Positions 57,026 through 64,000 of a DNA stretch of 64,000 bases are shown one piece after another. Both the position numbers and the translations under genes were made by a program. Where the stretch lies: NCBI GenBank assembly GCA_963798455.1, contig CAWCTD010000004.1, positions 170,708-234,707 on the forward strand, given 5' to 3'. The notes beneath the pieces were generated by a model that searched no databases, had not been told where the DNA came from, and worked only from the letters and a program-made list of their open reading frames with translations. Within the stretch, counting starts at the first letter, position 1. Each line of letters opens with the position of its first letter. This DNA is from Bryobacterales bacterium. GTDB taxonomy: Bacteria; Acidobacteriota; Terriglobia; Bryobacterales; Bryobacteraceae.

Positions 57026-57358
57026 ATGGGCAAGCTGTCAGTGTTTGTGGTCCCTTTGGTCGCTGGCGTTGTCGGCTTGTGTCCGTCGACCCTGTGTCTG
57101 GCACAGTTCCGCGGCGGCGCGGGGATACTCCCAGCCGGAGCTGCCGCGCTTGTCGGGAGTGTACTTTCGGGCGTTGACCAGGGCCAACCCGGACCAGACG
57201 CGCCGGGGCGGCCCGATACGGCTCAGACGCCGGAACGCACCCGCCAGGCCGTGCCTAGACTCGGCATAGCGGTCAAGATGTCGACGTTGGGCGTTGGTAT
57301 TGAAGGTGCGACTGCGGTTACCCGGCGGTCGAACGCGCGAGTAGGGTTCAACGCGTAG
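57026..57358 (+). CDS. hypothetical small secreted protein (low confidence)
   Basis: MGKLSVFVVPLVAGVVGLCPSTLCLA signal-like N-terminus, followed by low-complexity sequence. An AT-richer putative promoter region lies at 56880-57000. Confidence 0.3.
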   Translation: MGKLSVFVVPLVAGVVGLCPSTLCLAQFRGGAGILPAGAAALVGSVLSGVDQGQPGPDAPGRPDTAQTPERTRQAVPRLGIAVKMSTLGVGIEGATAVTRRSNARVGFNA

Positions 57359-57468
57359 GATTCGAGGGAACGAATCTTGGCCAGAGGCTGCCAAAGAATC
57401 CTGACAAGGACGAAGCCGCGCTTTGCGCATGCTTCGTCCCTGCCCAAGTATGAAGAGCCGTCCGCAGT

Positions 57469-57520
57469 GTCAAGGGTCTGCGACGAACGGTCCGACAGAA
57501 AGCGCCGGACCGCCCTTGAC
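57469..57520 (+). promoter_or_regulatory. nested hairpin (outer 8-bp stem gtcaaggg/cccttgac, inner 7-bp stem cggtccg/cggaccg)
   Basis: Perfect inverted repeats at 57469-57476/57513-57520 and 57488-57494/57506-57512. No following U-tract. Confidence 0.3.
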
Positions 57521-57655
57521 CCTGCTCCCGGCTCAGAAAAGGGGTCGGTGTCTCCCGACAAAGCCGACGCCGATATAGATGGAAATCCCCGACACAATCG
57601 AAGGCGGTCAGGAAGCCACACCTGGAGTCCTGGCCGTTTCTTCCGAGGAGGATGT

Positions 57656-58606
57656 ATGCGGATCTCTCTCTGCCTCACGATGTTCACTCTGCTGCCCGCG
57701 CTCCCAGTCGCGGCGCAGTTCTTCTTTCCCGCTTCTGCTTCGACACGGTTGCACTTCGCGCAATTTGCCGATGGTGGATCGGCATCCCAGAAGTGGACGA
57801 CCACTCTCCTATTGGCCGACCCAGACCCCTTGCGAGCCGCCAGTTTGTCCCTGGAGTTCTTCGATAACAACGGACAGCCGCTCCCGGTCGACTTCGGAAG
57901 CGGACCCTCCGCGACACTAGACTTGAGCCTCCCGGCCGGCGGAACGAGGACTCTGACCAGCACGGGAGCCCCTGGCACGACGGTGGTCGGCTGGGCTCGG
58001 CTGACTTCCAACGCTCCCGTCTATGGAACCGTCATCTATCGCGCCTCATCCGGCGGGGTTCCGGTCTGGGATGTTGCCGCGCCTGGAACGAGCGATACCT
58101 ATAGCTACAGTTCACAGGCGGCGTACTCCCTTGGGGTGGCTCTCGCGAACCCGTACTTAGGGGTGGGCACAATTCACCTCCGCGTCAGCACTAGAGACCA
58201 GAACGGCGTTTCCGGCAACTATCTGGACGCGGCCCTTCCGCCGCTCGGCCACACCTCGTTCAACCTGGGAGCAGCGGTCACTGGACTGGCGCCGAGTTTC
58301 GCCGGCACCATCAGCATCGTCAGCACGGACAACCCACCGTTGCCCTTTGTCGCCTGGACGCTGTTTGAGCGGGACGGCCTTCTATCACCGTTACCGCCTG
58401 GGGGAATGCGGTTCCCGGCGGATAACACCCGGCTGCCCAAAGACACCCTGGCGTTTCTGAAGTCGGGAGCGGTAACCCTTGTCCAAGCCCTACGGCCTGA
58501 GGATTTCACCACACCACCGGCGACTGTCATCCAGCTCGTGAGGCAGAAGGGGTTGGTGTTGGAGGCGAGTGGAACGCTCAAGGCTACGTACGAGAACGTT
58601 GGATGA
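57656..58606 (+). CDS. hypothetical secreted protein (316 aa)
   Basis: The start is set at MRISLCLTMFTLLPALPVAAQ after a GAGGAGGA RBS (the ORF is open from 57377). Ser/Thr/Gly-rich beta-type composition. No family recognised. Confidence 0.55.
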   Translation: MRISLCLTMFTLLPALPVAAQFFFPASASTRLHFAQFADGGSASQKWTTTLLLADPDPLRAASLSLEFFDNNGQPLPVDFGSGPSATLDLSLPAGGTRTLTSTGAPGTTVVGWARLTSNAPVYGTVIYRASSGGVPVWDVAAPGTSDTYSYSSQAAYSLGVALANPYLGVGTIHLRVSTRDQNGVSGNYLDAALPPLGHTSFNLGAAVTGLAPSFAGTISIVSTDNPPLPFVAWTLFERDGLLSPLPPGGMRFPADNTRLPKDTLAFLKSGAVTLVQALRPEDFTTPPATVIQLVRQKGLVLEASGTLKATYENVG

Positions 58607-59036
58607 CAGTGTCCACATCAGTAGCGCGATGGTCGACACGTTGGGTGGCTCAGAAGCAGCGCTGGCGTTCCTCATCGGGCACTTGGTGACGAGAGGAGTC
58701 CTGCAGACTACCGGACTCGCCGGCACTGGCATCTATGCAGGCCTGAGCATCCAGGGGGCCTCCGACGTGGGGTCCGCCGACGCGATGCTGGCGGCGGGGT
58801 ACGATCCCGACGGTATTACGGACTTTTTCAGCCGCCTGTACGCGGCGAGCGCTCTGGGCGTGCCACTCGACCCGTTCCTGCTCAGCGAATTCGGGCCCCT
58901 GGCGCAGATCACTAGCCGCGAGACTCAGATTTGGACCAGTGTCCTCCAAGGTTGCGCCGCGGAACCCGGAGCCGCCCAGATCTGCAAGACGGCGCATGAT
59001 TATTGGCACCAGGACTATCCAACGAACATCCCATAG
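58569..59036 (+). pseudogene. M48-family metallopeptidase-like fragment with degenerate HExxH region
   Basis: LDDSVHISSAMVDTLGGSEAALAFLIGHLV aligns to the M48 core (NAFA..GG......E.AAVLAHEIGH) but lacks the catalytic His/Glu. SADAMLAAGYDPDGITDFFSRL matches the M48 C-terminal segment. An upstream in-frame stop at 58539 prevents any N-terminal extension. Confidence 0.4.
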
Positions 59037-59217
59037 CTGGTCACTTAGGTGCTCTCTGACCAGGTGACCGTAATCATGTCTAAGTCAGGATTGCCGAAGC
59101 GCGAACTGCGCACCCTGCGTAAACCGAGCTGAACTCCCGCAAGACCTGGGAAGCAGAATCGGCTTGGCGTACTCGAAGTGTTTCCCGAAGTGCGTCCAGA
59201 GGCCGTTCTACGGCGCT

Positions 59218-62200
59218 TCATCGCCCGGTTGCCCCGCGCAACGGCCTCATAGGAAAAGGCGCCGCCGTTGACGGGCCGGCGGCCTCCACCAGAGTCCGCG
59301 AAGCCGGCGCGCCCGCGTAAATATGAATCGCATGGCTCTCACCGTCGTCGACCAACTGGATCTCCTGCTTAGATCGTTCACCGCCGTTTTCCACCTCGAT
59401 CCGATACTCCGTTCGTCCATAGCGGAAGGTCAGGAGGTAACCTGGCCAGTTCTCGGGTATCACGGGCTCGATGGACAGACGCCCGGCTCGCAGCTTGAAC
59501 CCCAGGACTTCCTCCAGCCACACCCGATACATCCAGCCCGCCGAGCCGGTGTACCACGTCCAACCACCGCGCCCAACCTGACTCTGCAATGAGTAAACAT
59601 CGGCGGCCACGACGTAAGGCTCGGTTCGATAGACCGCACAATCCTCCGGGGTGCGTGAATGCTCGATCGGATTCAGCATCTGCAGAACTTTGACGGCACG
59701 ATCGCCGTCTCTCATGCGCGCGAACGCCATGGCAACCCACAAAGCGGCGTGTGTGTATTGGCCGCCATTCTCGCGCACACCCGGCGGATACCCCATGATG
59801 TAGCCGGGGTTCGGGTTGGATTTGTCGAAGGGCGGCGTACAAAGGAGCACAAGCCTCTCTTTCTCACGGATGAGACGTTCTTCGACCGAGTGCATCGCCA
59901 CTGCCGCCCGATCCGGGTTGCCGGCGCTACTGATCACGGACCACGACTGCGTCAGCGAATCGATGCGGGCTTCCTCATTCTGTCGCGAGCCCAGCGGTGT
60001 CCCATCGTCGAAGAAAGCCCGCAGATACCATTCACCATCCCAACCGGTGCGTTCCACCGTCGCGCTCAAGCGGTTCGCGCGGCCGCGGTAGCGGGAGGCT
60101 AACCCCTGCTCGCCGCGGCCTGCGCATACCTCGGCGAACTTCTTCAAGACGTCCACCAGAAACCACGCCAGCCAGACGCTCTCGCCTTGCCCCTTCGCGC
60201 CGACGCTGCTCATGCCATCGTTCCAATCGCTCGTGCCCATCAGGGGCAACCCATGCGGCCCAAACGTGGTGCCCTTCTCAATAGCCCGGCGGCAGTGCTC
60301 GAATATGGTCGCTTGGTCGATCGAGACCGACGGCTGAAAATAGGCTTCGCGCTCCTCCTCTTTTAGCCGCGGCCCTTCGAGAAACGTTGTAGTGGCATCC
60401 AGAATGCCGGCGTCGCCTGTGACATCCATGTATTGACACACGGCGAACGGGAGCCACAACAGATCGTCCGAGCACCGGGTGCGAACACCTGCTCCCGAAG
60501 GAACATGCCACCAATGCTGCACGTCTCCTTCGGTGAACTGCCGCGAAGCGGCACGCAAAATCAGCTCGCGCGCAATTGGCGCCGCGGAGTAAACCAGAGC
60601 CAGCACATCCTGCAACTGGTCTCGAAAGCCATACGCGCCGCTCGATTGATAGAAAGCGGAACGTCCCCAAATGCGGCAGCTCAGCGATTGATAGAGCAGC
60701 CAGCGATTCAACATGAAATTCACCGAGAGAATCGGCGTCTCGACCTGGATCGTGGTCAGCAGATCATCCCACCACGCCCGCGTCTCTTCCAGCGACCGTT
60801 CGACGTTCTCCGCATCACGGTACCGCGCGATCAGACGCCGGGCGTGTTCGGCATCATCCGCCTGCCCGAGCAGATAGATCACTGTCTTTTCTTCTCCGGG
60901 GCCGAGCTCGAATTTCGTTTGTAGCGCCCCGCACGGATCGAGCCCGGCTCCCGTGCGTCCGCACAGCGACTCACGCCGCAGACCTGCTGGGGCTTCCGCC
61001 GAGCCATTGCGCCCCAGGAATACAGTACGATCACCGGTGAATGAAGAGGGCTCGGGGGTCATGGCCGCGAATGCGACCCGTCCTCCATGATCCAAATGAT
61101 AAGGATTGCGTGCAAACAGTGCTTTCGCACTCTCATCCCAGGAGGACGTAATGTGCATCTGCGTGGTCTCACGATCCGCGCCGAGCACGAACTCCGAATA
61201 GGAGGTCACGGACAGACGCCGCCTTTGCGAGGATCGATTCTTGACCCGCAGACGCTGTATGCGAACCGGATCGGCTCTCTCGGCGTGTACCGGCACAAAA
61301 GTCATCAGCGTTTGTTCCAGCCCATGACTGTTGTGTTCGATTTCGGTGTATCCCTGGCCGTGCCGGGCACGGTACGCATCGAGTTCGCGCACCGGCAGCG
61401 GCGTGGGTGTCCAAAAAACTCCGCCGTCTTCATCACGAATATAGATGGCCTCGGCGGAGGGATTCGAAACCGGATCGTTACTCCAAGGTGTCAAACGGTT
61501 CGACTGGCTGTCGCCGTACCAGCAGCACCCTGAACCGGCTTCGCTCACCAGGGCTCCGAACACCGGGTTCGCCATGACATTTATCCAGGGCAGCGGCGTG
61601 GAAACGTTCGGACCCAGGTAGATCGCATACTCGCGCCCGTCCGCCGTAAATCCCCCCACACCGTTGAAGTACGGAAGCTCCAGGAACGGCAAGGGCTCGG
61701 AGGGCTGTTCCTCAGTTCGCTGGATCTGCAACGGCGGCGGCAGAAGAATTCCCTCCGGTGGACTGCTGAGCTGCTTCGCCAGCGTGCCGCGCACCGCGCC
61801 CATGGTCGCCTGCGCGACGCTGAGAATCAGATTCAGATCCTCCTCGGATATCTGATCCGCCTTAAGCAGGAACGCGCCCCCGGGCTGCTGCACCCCCGTG
61901 TGCAACGAGTGCGCTTCCACCAGGCGGAGCAACTCCTGATGGAGAGGCTGCTCATAGCTGGCAGGCTCGCGGTTGAGGATCACCAGATCGGCTTTGAGGC
62001 CGCGCAGCCGCCAGTAAGTATGCGCAACCAGCAGCTCGCGCACCAGACTAAGACCTTGCGAATCGCGAGCCCATACCACCGCCAGCGGCAAGTCGCCGGA
62101 GATGCCATGAGCCCAGAGCCTCGACTGAGTCTGCACATTCCGGCGCAGGCGTTCCGCCGGCGCCCGCAACCGGATGTTCGGATACAGGAGGTGACTGGCG

Positions 62201-64000
62201 AGTTCGATAAAACGCATCGCCGCATCGCTCTGGATACCGAGATAGCGGTATTCGAGCTGCGCGTGCGACCAGGCCAGTTCGAACGCGCGGCTGCAGACGC
62301 CGGGGTCGCGGTACTTGACGATCAGACGCATCAGCTCCTCGCGCGACCCCGCGGCCACGGTGACCAGCGTGATCTGCGCCTGCTGCCTCGGTTCAAGCGA
62401 AACGCGCTGTCGCATGACGAACACCGGATCGAGCACGTAGCCATCGGTCTGGTTCAGCGCCATGATCGGGTCCCGCCAGGTGCGTCCCCGCCCCAGGCAC
62501 CGCGCGCGGTCCGTTTCGTACTCGAACGAGCTCCCGCCCTCTGGACTTTCGATCATCAACTGTGCAACCCAGATCGGCGTTTCATCGGAAGACCGCAGCC
62601 GGCGCCATGCCAGTAGCGCGTGCAGATCGGCCCGCGCCTCGGTCTGGATAAACAGCTTGTTAAAGGCTGGGTGCGCACGGTCCGCGCCATGCGGCGCAAG
62701 GCTCAATTCAGCGGCGCTGGTCAACTCCAGTGTCCGCGCTCGCGAACCCTCGTTGACGAGCGTGATACGGCGAATCTCCGCATCGTCTTCCGGCGACACC
62801 GTCACTTCCAGATGACTCTCGATGCCCAGCCTGCGGCGGCGGAACTCGGCGCGGTCGCCGCTGAAGGTCGCCGTGTAGCGGGGGTCTTTCACGTTTAAGG
62901 GCTGATGCGTCACCGACCAAAGCGTGTCGCTTTCTTCTTCGCGAAGATAGACAAAAGTTCCCCAATTGTCGCGCGTGGTGTCCGAGCGCCAGCGCGTGAT
63001 GTCGAACTCGCCCCACCGGCTGTAGCCCGCGCCCGTGTTGGTGATCATCAGGGCATATCGGCCGTTGCCGAGCAGTTGAACGCGGGGGATCGGAGTGTCT
63101 TCATCGAACACCCGGTACTCAGGCGCCGATGGCCCGGAGACCAGCCGCATGGCGACCTGATCCGATGGGCGGTGAACGAGCATCGAAGGCACAGGCGGGA
63201 TGCGCTCGAACAGCAGCGGCTCCACCGCTTTGATTCGGCGATCGGCATGGAAGCGCTGCCGCAGGATGCCGCGGTTGAGCACGTTGTTCAGGGCCATGAG
63301 GCTCATTCCCTGATGGTGAGCCATGTATGTGTAAACGATGACTCCCTTCCCGGCTCGCCGTTCATCCTGACGCGTGTAGTCCAGCGATTCATAGAACCCC
63401 ATGCGGCCGTACATGCCGGCCTTCACCAGACGGTTGAGGTTTTTGACCGATTCCGCCGGATCCACCAGCAAAGCCAGCGTGGTGGCATAGGGCGCTACCA
63501 CCAGATCCTCCTCCAGCCCCCGTTTCAGGCCCAGCGATGGAACGCCGAAAGCTCCATACTGGTAAGTCTTGTGCGAATCGAGAGCGCTGTATGCGGATTC
63601 CGAGACTCCCCAAGGCGCCCCCCGATCCTTGGTGTACTCAATCTGGCGCTTTACCGCCACGGCGCAAGCGTTCTCCAGCAAGGAGTTTCGGAAACTGCGC
63701 GTGAACAGAAGCGGCATCAGGTACTCAAACATCGAGCCGCTCCAGGAAAGCAGAACCGGGCCGTTCGCCGACGTGTAGGGCCGTCCGAGCGCCAGCCAGT
63801 GCTCCGCGGGTGCGTCGCCCTTGGCAATCGCCACCAAACTGGCAAGGCGCGATTCGCTTGCCAGCAGATCGTAGTGGGCGCTGAGGTTCAGCGGGCCGCC
63901 TACCTGGTATCCGATGGCAAACAGACGCCGCTGAGCGTCGTACACGAAATTCATATCCACGCCGTCAGCCAGGGCTTCGCTCGTTTCTCCGAGATGTCCG
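59218..64000 (-). CDS. giant GH94-type (cellobiose-phosphorylase-like) glycosyl transferase/phosphorylase, cyclic beta-1,2-glucan synthase-like; N-terminus lies outside the window
   Basis: At least 1580 aa are in the window. There are two GH94-like modules with (alpha/alpha)6 signatures (DLLWLPFAVCQYMDVTGD, GTSDWNDGMS, WGVSESAY). The reading frame is open to the window edge. Confidence 0.75.
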   Translation of the reverse strand, partial: GHLGETSEALADGVDMNFVYDAQRRLFAIGYQVGGPLNLSAHYDLLASESRLASLVAIAKGDAPAEHWLALGRPYTSANGPVLLSWSGSMFEYLMPLLFTRSFRNSLLENACAVAVKRQIEYTKDRGAPWGVSESAYSALDSHKTYQYGAFGVPSLGLKRGLEEDLVVAPYATTLALLVDPAESVKNLNRLVKAGMYGRMGFYESLDYTRQDERRAGKGVIVYTYMAHHQGMSLMALNNVLNRGILRQRFHADRRIKAVEPLLFERIPPVPSMLVHRPSDQVAMRLVSGPSAPEYRVFDEDTPIPRVQLLGNGRYALMITNTGAGYSRWGEFDITRWRSDTTRDNWGTFVYLREEESDTLWSVTHQPLNVKDPRYTATFSGDRAEFRRRRLGIESHLEVTVSPEDDAEIRRITLVNEGSRARTLELTSAAELSLAPHGADRAHPAFNKLFIQTEARADLHALLAWRRLRSSDETPIWVAQLMIESPEGGSSFEYETDRARCLGRGRTWRDPIMALNQTDGYVLDPVFVMRQRVSLEPRQQAQITLVTVAAGSREELMRLIVKYRDPGVCSRAFELAWSHAQLEYRYLGIQSDAAMRFIELASHLLYPNIRLRAPAERLRRNVQTQSRLWAHGISGDLPLAVVWARDSQGLSLVRELLVAHTYWRLRGLKADLVILNREPASYEQPLHQELLRLVEAHSLHTGVQQPGGAFLLKADQISEEDLNLILSVAQATMGAVRGTLAKQLSSPPEGILLPPPLQIQRTEEQPSEPLPFLELPYFNGVGGFTADGREYAIYLGPNVSTPLPWINVMANPVFGALVSEAGSGCCWYGDSQSNRLTPWSNDPVSNPSAEAIYIRDEDGGVFWTPTPLPVRELDAYRARHGQGYTEIEHNSHGLEQTLMTFVPVHAERADPVRIQRLRVKNRSSQRRRLSVTSYSEFVLGADRETTQMHITSSWDESAKALFARNPYHLDHGGRVAFAAMTPEPSSFTGDRTVFLGRNGSAEAPAGLRRESLCGRTGAGLDPCGALQTKFELGPGEEKTVIYLLGQADDAEHARRLIARYRDAENVERSLEETRAWWDDLLTTIQVETPILSVNFMLNRWLLYQSLSCRIWGRSAFYQSSGAYGFRDQLQDVLALVYSAAPIARELILRAASRQFTEGDVQHWWHVPSGAGVRTRCSDDLLWLPFAVCQYMDVTGDAGILDATTTFLEGPRLKEEEREAYFQPSVSIDQATIFEHCRRAIEKGTTFGPHGLPLMGTSDWNDGMSSVGAKGQGESVWLAWFLVDVLKKFAEVCAGRGEQGLASRYRGRANRLSATVERTGWDGEWYLRAFFDDGTPLGSRQNEEARIDSLTQSWSVISSAGNPDRAAVAMHSVEERLIREKERLVLLCTPPFDKSNPNPGYIMGYPPGVRENGGQYTHAALWVAMAFARMRDGDRAVKVLQMLNPIEHSRTPEDCAVYRTEPYVVAADVYSLQSQVGRGGWTWYTGSAGWMYRVWLEEVLGFKLRAGRLSIEPVIPENWPGYLLTFRYGRTEYRIEVENGGERSKQEIQLVDDGESHAIHIYAGAPASRTLVEAAGPSTAAPFPMRPLRGATGR

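Overview
This is a 64 kb, high-GC chromosomal segment (≈62% GC by eye). It most likely comes from an Acidobacterium of the Solibacter/Bryobacter type: two large secreted proteins carry the 'Solibacter uncharacterized C-terminal domain' (TIGR03437-like). Conserved housekeeping blocks are interleaved with accessory genes. The housekeeping blocks are gatC-gatA next to a partial sod gene, dnaX-ybaB-recR, a divergent porin/amt // amtB-glnK-glnD nitrogen cluster, and threonine aldolase-hemW-cyaY-bshC-like.

The most unusual structures are these:
- A co-directional, translationally coupled module on the minus strand: ECF sigma factor, an 819-aa zinc-finger/FecR anti-sigma, then ABC ATPase, ABC-2 permease, ABC ATPase, ABC-2 permease, followed by an arylsulfotransferase-like (ASST-like) propeller protein.
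- A HEPN/MNT toxin-antitoxin cassette lying between two ~45-bp direct repeats that duplicate the 3' end of glnD.
- tRNA-Leu(CAA) followed by a decayed AbiEi/AbiEii type IV TA locus and other gene remnants, which looks like an eroded integrated element.
- Single-nucleotide indels that break dnaX (four of them) and skp/ompH (one). These are either assembly errors or real pseudogenisation.
- A ~140-nt inverted-repeat structure in the amtB-glnK spacer.

No CRISPR array, no rRNA and no intact transposase were seen. All functional calls rest on my reading of the translated ORFs (motif recognition), not on database searches.
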